Of a stretch of DNA of 64,000 nucleotides, positions 9,660 to 18,580 are shown piece after piece. The notes under the pieces were generated by a model. It saw nothing but the letters and a program-made list of their open reading frames with translations, was not told the DNA's origin and searched no databases. The stretch comes from Chloroflexota bacterium. Lineage in GTDB: Bacteria > Chloroflexota > Limnocylindria > Limnocylindrales > CSP1-4. The position numbers and the translations under genes are program-made. Position 1 is the stretch's first letter, and each line of letters opens with the position of its first letter. Where the stretch lies: assembly GCA_003169735.1 (NCBI GenBank), contig PNAP01000047.1, positions 9,223 through 73,222 on the forward strand. The letters are read 5' to 3'.

Positions 9660-9821
9660 TCACATGGTTCCGCCGATGGTGGACAGGATCCCGCTGACCT
9701 TCGTGCCGAGGAAGATCAGGGCCAGGATGGAGACGACCGCGATAAGGGCGAGGATGAGGGCATATTCGGCCAGGCCCTGACCCATCTCCTGGCGCACCCG
9801 CGCGCCGAGGTAACTGAACAT
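9660..9821 (-). CDS. flp: Flp family type IVb pilin (flp-3), not in the supplied ORF track
   Basis: Hand translation of the minus strand gives MFSYLGARVRQEMGQG/LAEYALILALIAVVSILALIFLGTKVSGILSTIGGTM* (53 aa). GGAGGT lies at 9826-9831 (minus). Confidence 0.8.
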   Translation of the reverse strand: MFSYLGARVRQEMGQGLAEYALILALIAVVSILALIFLGTKVSGILSTIGGTM

Positions 9822-9957
9822 CGTGACCTCCAGGAATCAGCCGTCGAAATGACGGATGGATGACCGGTCACGCTAGGCACTCACTGATCGGCAGGGAATA
9901 GGACCTCGGTTCTCGACGCGCGCGCCGCGGTCATCGGGGCGCTGCACCGATGACGAC

Positions 9958-11169
9958 TCAACCGGACCGCTTCGCCATCGCCTCCAGCGTCTGACCGTCA
10001 TCCAGGAGCGTGACGGTAACGCCGACCGCCTCAGCGCGCGATTGGATGTCCCGCCAGCGATCGGCGGGCAGCGTCCTCGCGCTCGCCCAGACCTCGCGCT
10101 CATCTGCGCGTTGCTTTGCGATCATCGCCGCGAGCGCCGGCGGCATGTCCGACGCATCCGTCTTACGAACATCGGCCCCGCTCCGGCCGGCCGCTGCCCG
10201 TTCATCGGGTCGGCCGCTGCGAACCGTGGCGTGGAGCTCGGTGTCCGACCACTCGAGGCGGACACTGATGGCCGACGGTCGCAGGCTCAGATACCCGGCC
10301 AGAGCGTCATCGACGATACGGAAGAAGCTCGTTTCAAGGTCGGGCGAGAGTCGCTGGTCGGCACCGACAGAGTCGAACTCGACCTGGACGCCGGCGCGTT
10401 GGCCTCGGTCAGCGGCCGCCCGTCGCAGCGTCGGTACGAGGCCGAGGTCGTCAAGGACCATCGGCCGGACGTCGAAGATGAACGTCTTGGTGGCCTCGAG
10501 CGCGTGCTGCACCGTGGTGCGCAGTTGCTCGACCTCGACGGCCGCGCGAGCGGGGTCGCGACTCATCAGGCGCTGGACGATCTCTGCCTGGAGCGCGATG
10601 TTGGCGAGGCTCTGCGCCGGGCCGTCGTGCATCTGGCGCGCGATATCACGGCGCAGGTCCTCCTGGGCGTGGAGAACGGCCCGCGGCGTATCGGCGGCGA
10701 GAGCGCTTTCGGCCCCATCCCCGTCCGATCGGTGGACCACGGACGACGGTGCGGATCCCCGTCCGGTAACGGCAGCTTGCACATCGCGGCCGAGCGCGTC
10801 CATCCGCGTTCGATAGCGCTGGAGCGTCTTCTGCTTGCCTTCCAGGACCTGGCTCTGCGCCTCCATCAGCGTGGCGCGTCGGGTCACTTCGAGGAGCTGC
10901 TTGCGCGCGTCGACGACCTCCACCTTGTCGGAGGCAGGGTCAGCCTCGAGGGTGGTCACTCGGTCCTCGCACTGGGTGCGACGCGCGCGGTGGCGCTCCG
11001 CCTCGACCCGCGTCTGCTGCTCGAGGAGTTCGATCTCGGCGGCCTCCCGGTCGAGGCGGTCGATCTCGGCGACGAGCCACGATTGGATCTCTCCGAGCGC
11101 CCGCATGGCGCCGGCGTCGGACGGTACGCCGGCGTCCGTGACGTCCGAGGGACCAGGTACTCGTGCCAC
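9958..11169 (-). CDS. cytoplasmic histidine-kinase-like protein (HisKA_3 H-box present, ATP-binding boxes degenerate)
   Basis: Coiled-coil N-terminus with no TM. H-box is RRDIARQMHDGPAQSLANIALQ. The expected N-box reads FRIVDDALAGYLSL and no DxGxG or GxGL boxes are visible. Confidence 0.7.
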   Translation of the reverse strand: MARVPGPSDVTDAGVPSDAGAMRALGEIQSWLVAEIDRLDREAAEIELLEQQTRVEAERHRARRTQCEDRVTTLEADPASDKVEVVDARKQLLEVTRRATLMEAQSQVLEGKQKTLQRYRTRMDALGRDVQAAVTGRGSAPSSVVHRSDGDGAESALAADTPRAVLHAQEDLRRDIARQMHDGPAQSLANIALQAEIVQRLMSRDPARAAVEVEQLRTTVQHALEATKTFIFDVRPMVLDDLGLVPTLRRAAADRGQRAGVQVEFDSVGADQRLSPDLETSFFRIVDDALAGYLSLRPSAISVRLEWSDTELHATVRSGRPDERAAAGRSGADVRKTDASDMPPALAAMIAKQRADEREVWASARTLPADRWRDIQSRAEAVGVTVTLLDDGQTLEAMAKRSG

Positions 11170-11175
11170 GGGCGA

Positions 11176-11919
11176 CTAGTCCTCCGGGATCCGGATCCAG
11201 CCCTGCTTCATGGCGTAGACGACGGCCTGCGTGCGATCGTTCACCGAGAGCTTGCGAAGGATGGAGCTCATGTGGTTCTTGACCGTCTGCTCGCTGATCG
11301 ACAACGCGTACGCGACCTGCTTGTTGGTCATGCCCTTGGCGATGTTGTCGAGGATCTCCACCTCGCGCGGCGAGAGTGGCGCGAAGATGGGCGCGGCCTC
11401 CTGGCCATAGACGGCCAGCTCGCGGAACTCCTTGAGCACGCGGCTGGCGACCGACGGCCGGGCGAAGACCTTGTCGTTGATGAGGTACTCGCCCGCGGTC
11501 ACGCGGCGGATGATGGTCACAAGATCGTCCGGGTTGATGTCCTTCAGGATGAACGCGGCAGCGCCGGCCTTGATGGCGTCGAAGAGCTGATCCTCGTCCT
11601 CGCTCATGGCCAGGGCGATGATGGCCGCGCTGGGGACCTCGCGCTTGATGCGCTGCGTCGTCTCGATGCCGCCGGGAGCCGGGATGGAGAGATCGAGCAG
11701 CACGACATCGGGCGTCCACTGCTGTGCCGCATCGAACGCGCCGCGCGAATCCTCGGCCTCAGCCACGATGTCGAAGTCGGGTTCCCGCTCGAGGATCTGG
11801 CGCATGCCCATCCGGAAGAGGGCATGGTCATCGACCAGGATGATCTTGACCCGCGAGTCGGTGCTTCGTCGATCGGGGCCGCCGCGCCGGCGATCCGGGC
11901 CTGGAAAGTTCATCGTCAT
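11176..11919 (-). CDS. NarL/DegU-type response regulator (REC + LuxR HTH)
   Basis: REC (KIILVDDHALFRMG, DVVLLDLSIP, ILKD) plus LuxR HTH (LSPREVEILDNIAKGMTNKQVAYALSISEQTVKNHMSSILRKL). The ATG at 11919 overlaps the upstream kinase stop (ATGA). The track ORF to 12690 is an out-of-frame extension. Confidence 0.9.
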   Translation of the reverse strand: MTMNFPGPDRRRGGPDRRSTDSRVKIILVDDHALFRMGMRQILEREPDFDIVAEAEDSRGAFDAAQQWTPDVVLLDLSIPAPGGIETTQRIKREVPSAAIIALAMSEDEDQLFDAIKAGAAAFILKDINPDDLVTIIRRVTAGEYLINDKVFARPSVASRVLKEFRELAVYGQEAAPIFAPLSPREVEILDNIAKGMTNKQVAYALSISEQTVKNHMSSILRKLSVNDRTQAVVYAMKQGWIRIPED

Positions 11920-12995
11920 AACTGCATCTCCTCTCCCGTGTCGAGCGTGACTCGGATGGTCGTACCGACGGTCGGCACCGACTCGATCTCCAGGGTGGCG
12001 CCGGCGAGCCGTGCCCGCTCCCGCATGAACCGGAGGCCGAAGTGCCGGCGGCCGGTGGCCGAGAGAGCCTCGTCCACGACGAAGCCCCGGCCGTCGTCGC
12101 GCACCTCGAGGATCCAGCCGTTCGGCTGCCGCGATCCCTCGGCCGTCGAGAGCCTGGTGACCAACCAGACGTGGGTGGCCCCCGCGTGCTTCTCGACGTT
12201 GCGCAACGCTTCCTGGGCGATGCGCAGCGCGACCGACCGCTGGGCGCCGCCGAGCATGCTCTGTGGTGCTCCGAAGTCGGCCTCGACCTCCGTGCCGGTC
12301 TCGGCCGTGAGCCGCTCGGCGACCTCGCGCAGCGCCATCTCCAGGTCGGCGTCCTCGAGCATCACCGGACGCAGCTGGTGGATGAAGCCCCGCAGCCGCT
12401 CCATCTCGCGATCGAGCAGCAACCGCAGGGACTGGAGCTCGGCGGTTGCGCCGACCGGGTCGCGGCGCAGGCTGTTCTCGATGACTTCGACCTGGAACGA
12501 GGCGTTCGCCAGCGCTTGTGCCGGGCCATCGTGGAGTTCTTCGGCGATGCGCGTCCGCTCTGCCTCCTGCGCTTCGAGGACGTTCCGAGCGACGAGTTGG
12601 AGGATGCTCCCGTCGAGCGGCGCACCATCGACTTCGGGGCGGCCGTGCGTCTCGCGTTCCACCGTGCCGCCGCGCTCCATGAAGAGCCACACCTGCTCGA
12701 GGTCGCGCACCGCCAGCTCCAGCCGGGTCAGCAACTGGCCGCCGCGCGCCAGGCTGGCGCTGGTGCTGGACGCTTCGGGGCCGTTGGAGTTGAGGTGCTG
12801 CCAGACCTGGAGGTCGCTGCCGTGGGCTTCACGCAGGCGCTCCTGGATCGAGCGAAGCTGGTTCGTGCTCTGACCGAGCACCTGCTTCGCCTCGGCGTAG
12901 AGGGCGTCAAGCAGGATCTCGCGTGACTCCCCGAGCGCTCCCGTCTCCATTCCTGAGGGAGTATAGGCGGTGCTCCGGCCGGTCCCGCCGCTCAT
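11916..12995 (-). CDS. cytoplasmic sensor histidine kinase, DegS/NarX-type (HisKA_3 + HATPase_c)
   Basis: H-box RTRIAEELHDGPAQALANASFQ, N-box IAQEALRNVEKHAGA, G1 VRDDGRGF and G2 region FGLRFMRERARLAGATLEI, with no TM. ATG at 12995 overlaps the GT39-like stop (ATGA). An alternative ATG lies at 12950. Confidence 0.85.
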   Translation of the reverse strand: MSGGTGRSTAYTPSGMETGALGESREILLDALYAEAKQVLGQSTNQLRSIQERLREAHGSDLQVWQHLNSNGPEASSTSASLARGGQLLTRLELAVRDLEQVWLFMERGGTVERETHGRPEVDGAPLDGSILQLVARNVLEAQEAERTRIAEELHDGPAQALANASFQVEVIENSLRRDPVGATAELQSLRLLLDREMERLRGFIHQLRPVMLEDADLEMALREVAERLTAETGTEVEADFGAPQSMLGGAQRSVALRIAQEALRNVEKHAGATHVWLVTRLSTAEGSRQPNGWILEVRDDGRGFVVDEALSATGRRHFGLRFMRERARLAGATLEIESVPTVGTTIRVTLDTGEEMQL

Positions 12996-14665
12996 GGCGT
13001 GGTGCACGAGGCGGCGAGACGAACGAGAAGCGCTGAACCGCCCGGTGCGGGCAGCGTTTGGGGTGCCGCCGCGAGGCATGGCGCGGCGTCTGACGCGAGC
13101 CACTCGGCTGGGTAGCGGCCGCGCTGGTCGAACTCCACGACGATGACCGTGCCGAAGTCCCGGCCCAACGCGGCGACCTCGCCAGGCGGCTCGTCGGGCA
13201 GCGCGATGACCGGTCGCCGAAGCGCCTCGGCGAGCCAGATCGGATGGTCGCTGATCAGGACGGCATGCTGCTGCGGGACGTTGCCGGAGACGCTGCCTGC
13301 CGGTGCCGTCGCCTGGATCTCCGGCAGGGCTGCCAGCTGCGCCACGATCGCATCGAGGCGCGTCTTCGTGTCGGACGCCTGTTGCCCGAGCACGCTCACC
13401 TGAAGCACCGCGAACGGGATGGCCAGCGCCAGCGCCAGCAGCGGGCCGAGCCAGGCGTTCGGGCGGCTCCAGCCTCGAAGCCGTCCAAGTCGAGCCACCG
13501 CCGCGTCGAGGCCGAGCATCGCCGCCACGGTCAGACCGACGAGGAGCGGCCCGGACGCGTGGAGGAAGGTGCCCCACAGCGTGGCCACGGGGACGACGAG
13601 GCTGGAGACCAGGTAGATGAGCAGGCCGCTGACCAGAAGCGCCTGCAGCGCGGTCGGCTGCCGGAAGGCTGGGGCGCGCCGCATGGCGACCACAGCAAGG
13701 ATGCCGATGATGCCCACCGGCAGGCCCGGCAGGACGATGACGTTGACGAGGTCGTGGGCGAGCCCGCCGACCATGTGCCCGACGATGGTCGACGGACCCT
13801 GGGCCAGGAACGTGGCGGCGGTCGGGCGCTCCGCGTAGGCGAAGATCTGCTCGTTGGTGCTGAGATAGGCGTTCTCGAGCGTCTGGCCGGGGAAGAGCGT
13901 CCCGAACACCGACAGGTCGCGCAGGAACCACGGCACGACGATGATCAAGCCGCCGGCCAGCGGGCTGAGCAGCAACCTCGCGGCCCCGGCCAGTCGTCGA
14001 CCTGGCTGACCCCGGACGGCGACCACCACCAGCAGGGCGTAGGCGGCCCCGAACTCGAGAGCCTCCTGCCGCGACAGGTACGCGAGGCCGAGCAGGACGC
14101 CGAGGAGCAGGCCGGCTCGGATGGTCGGTCGTCGAAGCATCGACGCCATGGCGATGGCGGCGGCCACGCCGAAGACCAGGAACGGCGTCGTCGAATCGGG
14201 CATCGCCGCGGCAACGAGGAAGGGACCGAGGAATGCCGCTGCCAGGCCGCTTCCCAGCGCGACCATCGCCGCGCGATGGGTTTCGAGGCCCTGATGGCGA
14301 GCAGCCTCGCGCGCCACCCACCAGGTCAGCGGCGCGACCGCGGCGCCGAAGAGGACGCTGCTCAACTGCGCGGCACTGAAGGTCGTGCCGAGGAGCGTCA
14401 TGGGGATCGCGGCCAGGAAGCTGGCCATCGGCATCCACAACTCGAAGGCTGGCTTGGGGAGGACCAGCGGCGGCGTCGCGTAGCTCCAGATAGCGTCGCT
14501 CACGAGGCCGCGGCCCTCGACCAGGTTGCGCGCGACCCCGACATAGGAGGCGCTGCCCTCGTTGACCGGGAAGCCGATCTGGCCGGCCGCCCACAGGCGG
14601 ACGACGACGGCAAGGCCGAAGAGGAGGACGGGCGCGAGCCACGGCCGGATGCGGGCGCTGTTCAT
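12992..14665 (-). CDS. GT39/PMT_2-like polytopic glycosyltransferase (ArnT/PMT-type GT-C)
   Basis: 557 aa with many TM segments. The first loop FPVNEGSASYVGVARNLVEGRGL resembles GT39-family proteins. A C-terminal soluble domain is present. Confidence 0.65.
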   Translation of the reverse strand: MNSARIRPWLAPVLLFGLAVVVRLWAAGQIGFPVNEGSASYVGVARNLVEGRGLVSDAIWSYATPPLVLPKPAFELWMPMASFLAAIPMTLLGTTFSAAQLSSVLFGAAVAPLTWWVAREAARHQGLETHRAAMVALGSGLAAAFLGPFLVAAAMPDSTTPFLVFGVAAAIAMASMLRRPTIRAGLLLGVLLGLAYLSRQEALEFGAAYALLVVVAVRGQPGRRLAGAARLLLSPLAGGLIIVVPWFLRDLSVFGTLFPGQTLENAYLSTNEQIFAYAERPTAATFLAQGPSTIVGHMVGGLAHDLVNVIVLPGLPVGIIGILAVVAMRRAPAFRQPTALQALLVSGLLIYLVSSLVVPVATLWGTFLHASGPLLVGLTVAAMLGLDAAVARLGRLRGWSRPNAWLGPLLALALAIPFAVLQVSVLGQQASDTKTRLDAIVAQLAALPEIQATAPAGSVSGNVPQQHAVLISDHPIWLAEALRRPVIALPDEPPGEVAALGRDFGTVIVVEFDQRGRYPAEWLASDAAPCLAAAPQTLPAPGGSALLVRLAASCTTP

Positions 14666-14689
14666 AGGGTGCTGTTCATGGTGTGCTGC

Positions 14690-16327
14690 TCATGGTGCGC
14701 AACGCGTGTCAGTCGGGTCGAAGCAGACGGCGTACAGCGCCGCACGCGGCAACGTGGGCACTGATGCCCCGGCACCTGTTGGCGTGTCGTCGTTGACCAC
14801 CAGCTTCGGCGCCGACAGCCAAGCCGGACGCTCGGCGCCCGAGAGGATGGGCACGAGCGACGCCACGATGTGGTCGCGCTCGAGCACCAGCCAGCGGATG
14901 TCGTAGGCCTTCATCGCCGATTCCACCACGTCCAGCGGATCGTCGGGGGTGACGATGCCAGGTCGGTCGCCGAGGTACTCATAGGCGCCAGCGTCGGCGC
15001 TCATCAGCCGATCATCGGACGGCACGCCGGACAGCGCGGCCATGACCTGTTCGCGCAGGTCGTGCTCCGACTGCCAGCTGCCGATGACGATGACGGACCC
15101 GCCCACCGCTCCGAGCATCACGCCGGCCACGGCCGCCACGGTGAAGACGCGCGTCGCCCGCTGGACATCCCACCTCGTGCGGCGCGTGGCGACCCATCGG
15201 ACCGCGGCGCCGATGCCGAGGATGGCCGCGAGGTACGCATGCGGCAGCAACCCCACCGCCGAGTGGATGAACGTGCCGTAGGGCACGTGGACGGCGAAGA
15301 GCAGCGCGCTGAAGGCGAACAGCGTCACCGCATAGACGAGCCACGGAGCGAAGTTCGGGTCGCGGCGGCGAAGCCACGCCCCGATGACCGTCAGCGGCGC
15401 CATGAACAGCAGCAGCGGCATGCCGGCGAAGATGACCACCGCCGAGATCAGGCCACCGAGCCGGCTGGCAAGGATCGGACCGGCGCCCTGGGCGAGGAAA
15501 CTCGACAGGGATGGAGACGGCCCCGAGATGCTGTACAGCTGGCGATAGTCGGTGATCCACAGGATCCGGCCGCTCGAGCCCGAGGGCAGGAGCGAGCCGA
15601 AGACGTCGAGTTGGCGGATCCACCACGCCGCCGTGACGAGCAGGAAACCGCCGGCACACAGCAGCGCCGTCCGCCATCCGATGCTCGGTCGTCGGATCCC
15701 TCTCCGCTGCAGATCGAGCAGGAACGCCAACGCGAATGGGACGCCGAGCAGGACCCCGTCATTCCGCGACAGCGTCGCCAGCCCGACGAACAGGCCTCCC
15801 AACGCGAATGCGCGCCGATCGCCCTTGAGGCCGCGCGAACAGGCCCACAGCGAAAGCGCCGCGAGCGTCATGAACAGCCCGAAGTTGTCGGGCTGTGACA
15901 GATACGGCGAAACGGCACCCGGGATCGCCGCGAGCAGCCCGCCGGCCACCGCCTGGAATCGTGACAACCCGGCATCGCGCGCGATGGCGAATGTCAGTGG
16001 AGCGGCCAGTGCGCCGATGATCCAGAACGGCAGCGCCGACGCGAGCGCGGTCGGGCCGAGCAGCCAGATGAACGGAACCTGCACCAGTGATGCCAGCGGC
16101 ATCCAGTGGGCGTTCGAGGCGATGGGCAGGACGGCCAGGTCGGGCAGGCGGCCGCCGACGTCGACGAAGTTCCAGATGTAGTCGACCGAGAAGCCGTAGC
16201 CGGCGGCCAGCTGGTGAGCGACGTTGACGTAGTAGAAGGAGTCCGGGTAGGCGGGATCGATGAACGCGGCTCCCGTCACGATCCGTGCTCCGAGCGCGAC
16301 CAGGAAGAGGACCAGCGGGTACGCCAT
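14690..16327 (-). CDS. GT39/PMT_2-like polytopic glycosyltransferase (paralog)
   Basis: 545 aa and polytopic. First loop is AYPDSFYYVNVAHQLAAGYGF. It lies 24 nt upstream of the paralog on the same strand. Confidence 0.65.
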   Translation of the reverse strand: MAYPLVLFLVALGARIVTGAAFIDPAYPDSFYYVNVAHQLAAGYGFSVDYIWNFVDVGGRLPDLAVLPIASNAHWMPLASLVQVPFIWLLGPTALASALPFWIIGALAAPLTFAIARDAGLSRFQAVAGGLLAAIPGAVSPYLSQPDNFGLFMTLAALSLWACSRGLKGDRRAFALGGLFVGLATLSRNDGVLLGVPFALAFLLDLQRRGIRRPSIGWRTALLCAGGFLLVTAAWWIRQLDVFGSLLPSGSSGRILWITDYRQLYSISGPSPSLSSFLAQGAGPILASRLGGLISAVVIFAGMPLLLFMAPLTVIGAWLRRRDPNFAPWLVYAVTLFAFSALLFAVHVPYGTFIHSAVGLLPHAYLAAILGIGAAVRWVATRRTRWDVQRATRVFTVAAVAGVMLGAVGGSVIVIGSWQSEHDLREQVMAALSGVPSDDRLMSADAGAYEYLGDRPGIVTPDDPLDVVESAMKAYDIRWLVLERDHIVASLVPILSGAERPAWLSAPKLVVNDDTPTGAGASVPTLPRAALYAVCFDPTDTRCAP

Positions 16328-16415
16328 TGGCGGTGCAGTCTAGCAACGCCAACCCGTCCTCCTGACTGGTACCAAAGGCCTATCCCGACGCAATGCTGAT
16401 GTCCCGACCGGTGAT

Positions 16416-17711
16416 GTGTGGTGCGGTTCGGGTGGGACCAACGGGCTATCGGAGCGCGCCTCGACGCGGCCTATCCTCGGCCCCGTGACCGCGACCTCCG
16501 CCGGTGTGGCGCGCCAGGGCCGCGCTGAGCGGCCCGGCCTCCGCACCTTCTCCTCCGCGCGCTTCCGCGTCGTCGTGGCCGCGTTGCTGCTCATCGTTGG
16601 CGGGCTGGTCCTCGGCTCGACGATGCTCCGCCAGGCGTCCGACCCGACCGGCCAATTCGCCATCGACTTCGCCGACTACCACCAGGCCGCTGCGCGCATC
16701 TCGGCCGGCGGATCGCCGTACGCGCCGGAGATGCTGCTCGGCCCGGTGCCGGCACAGGGCGTGGACCGGTATCGATACCCACCTCCACTCGCCCAGCTGC
16801 TCGTGCCACTCGCCGGGCTGCCGCTCGCGACCGCGGCCTGGATCTGGATGGCGTTGCAAGCTCTGGCGGTCCTCGCCGCGGTCTGGATCGCCGGCACGGT
16901 CGGCGGAGCTGCGCGCTCCGCGGAACGGCTGCTGTGGAGCGCCGTGGCCGGGATCTGGTTCCTGCCCGTCTTCGACACGCTCTGGAAGGGCAACGTGTCC
17001 GGATTCGTGGCCCTCGGCGTGGTTCTGGTCGTCCTCGGGGGCGCGGCGGCCACAGTGGGAAGCGTCGCCGGCGTCGCGCTCAAGCTGGTGCCGGTCACGC
17101 TCCTACCAGCCGCGTTCCTGCCTGCGACACGCCGGTCTTGGATCATCGGCGCACTCGGCGCCGTCGCGCTGGTCGCGGTCTCGGTCGCCATCTCGCCACG
17201 AGCGTGGCAGGACTACGCGGTGGTATTGCCCAACCTGCTGGCCGGCTCGGCCGACTACGCCACGAACCTCGCGCCGGATTCTGTTGCCTCGCATCTGGGT
17301 CTGGCGGATGGCCTGGCCGGAGTGGTCCGTATCGGCAGCCTGGTCGGTGCCGGGGCCGCGCTGGTGCTATCGGCTGTCCTGGCGCGGCGACCCGGCGGCA
17401 TCCCCGCGGCGGTCGTCCTCGGGACGGTCGCGATGTTGCTGCTGCCGGACGCCGTCTGGTACCACTACCTGGCCGTGCTGCTGCCGCTGGCCGCTCTCGC
17501 GTGGCGGGCCGCGAGCCCACGCGCGCGCGTGCTGCTCCTGAGCGGCGGTGCGCTCGTCAGCGCGGCGCTCGCGTGGCTGCCCCTTGCGCTGGCAGGCGCG
17601 ACCCTGATGGTCGGCGGGACCCTGTTGGCCGTCTGGCCGCGTGCCGGCGGACGCTCGCCCGTGGCAACACTGGCAGCGGCACGGACCGTGGCGCGGGCGA
17701 TCGAGGCATGA
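16416..17711 (+). CDS. GT87/DUF2029-like polytopic glycosyltransferase
   Basis: Loop motif FAIDFADYHQAAARISAGGSPY followed by more than 8 TM segments. The start is uncertain: the track gives GTG 16416, with an alternative GTG at 16485. Confidence 0.65.
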   Translation: MWCGSGGTNGLSERASTRPILGPVTATSAGVARQGRAERPGLRTFSSARFRVVVAALLLIVGGLVLGSTMLRQASDPTGQFAIDFADYHQAAARISAGGSPYAPEMLLGPVPAQGVDRYRYPPPLAQLLVPLAGLPLATAAWIWMALQALAVLAAVWIAGTVGGAARSAERLLWSAVAGIWFLPVFDTLWKGNVSGFVALGVVLVVLGGAAATVGSVAGVALKLVPVTLLPAAFLPATRRSWIIGALGAVALVAVSVAISPRAWQDYAVVLPNLLAGSADYATNLAPDSVASHLGLADGLAGVVRIGSLVGAGAALVLSAVLARRPGGIPAAVVLGTVAMLLLPDAVWYHYLAVLLPLAALAWRAASPRARVLLLSGGALVSAALAWLPLALAGATLMVGGTLLAVWPRAGGRSPVATLAAARTVARAIEA

Positions 17712-18580
17712 CCGCAGCACGCCGCCGTGCCCTGCTCCACGGCCTGACGCTCGCCGGGCTGCTCTTTGCTGTCTACCTCTTCGCGATCGAGGCGCCACGC
17801 GTCGGCACGTTCGGCTATGACACGTGGGCGTATTGGTCGACGTCACTGCCCCACCCGTACACCGTGCCGCTCGGCGGGCTCGGGAGCTTCCCGTATTCCC
17901 CGCCGATCGCGCTCGTCTTCCATCTCTTCGGGGCGGTCGACTGGTGGGTCTTCGTGTTCGGCTGGTTCTGTCTCGGCGTTGGCACCGTTATCTGGCTCGG
18001 TGGTCGCTGGAGCCTGCTGCTGTTCGCCTTCCCGCCGGTGGCGCTCGAGCTGTACCACGGGAACATCCACCTTCTGCTGGCAGCCGCCATCGCGCTCGGG
18101 TTCCGCTATCCGGCGAGCTGGTCGTTCGTCCTGCTGACCAAGCCGACCTGTGGGGTCGGGCTCCTGTGGTTCGCCGTGCGCCGCGAGTGGCGGTCGCTGG
18201 GGATCGCGCTGGCCGTGACCGCTGTCGCCGTCGCGGCTTCGCTGGCGATCGCGCCGGCACTGTGGGGCGAGTGGTTCACGTACCTTGCGGCCGATCCGAG
18301 CGGGACGCCGGGCGGACCGTCGGTACCGGTGCCATTGGTTGTCCGTGTCGCCGTGGCAGCGGTGGTCGTCATCTGGGGCGCGCGAACCGACCGACGTTGG
18401 ACGGTGCCCGTCGCCGCCACCATCGCCCTCCCCGTCCTCTGGTTCGCCGGCCTGTCGGTGCTGTTGGGCGCCGTGCCGGAGCTGCGTTCCCGGGCCGGCC
18501 GGTCCCATCGTTTCGCGACCTGGTCGTCGCTGCTGACGTCTCGCTATCCTGCCGCCGATGCCCCCCGGCCAGTCGCCTAG
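17708..18580 (+). CDS. DUF2029-like polytopic membrane protein (short GT87-like paralog)
   Basis: The ATG at 17708 overlaps the previous stop (ATGA). 290 aa, with GYDTWAYWSTSLPHPY in the first loop and multiple TM segments. The track ORF 16934..18580 is over-extended. Confidence 0.55.
   Translation: MTAARRRALLHGLTLAGLLFAVYLFAIEAPRVGTFGYDTWAYWSTSLPHPYTVPLGGLGSFPYSPPIALVFHLFGAVDWWVFVFGWFCLGVGTVIWLGGRWSLLLFAFPPVALELYHGNIHLLLAAAIALGFRYPASWSFVLLTKPTCGVGLLWFAVRREWRSLGIALAVTAVAVAASLAIAPALWGEWFTYLAADPSGTPGGPSVPVPLVVRVAVAAVVVIWGARTDRRWTVPVAATIALPVLWFAGLSVLLGAVPELRSRAGRSHRFATWSSLLTSRYPAADAPRPVA

Noticed and set aside
10042-12873. 943-aa ORF on the plus strand, the longest in this region.
   Set aside because: It runs antisense to three genes with unmistakable kinase and response-regulator motifs. 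Its composition is Arg/Gly/Asp/Leu-rich with no motif. This is a typical high-GC shadow frame.
11916-14642. 908-aa minus-strand ORF suggesting a giant kinase.
   Set aside because: Only the last ~345-360 codons are kinase-like. The upstream part overlaps the GT39-like gene in another frame and is Arg/Pro/Gly-rich. An ATG at 12995 overlapping the GT39-like stop gives a sensible gene boundary.
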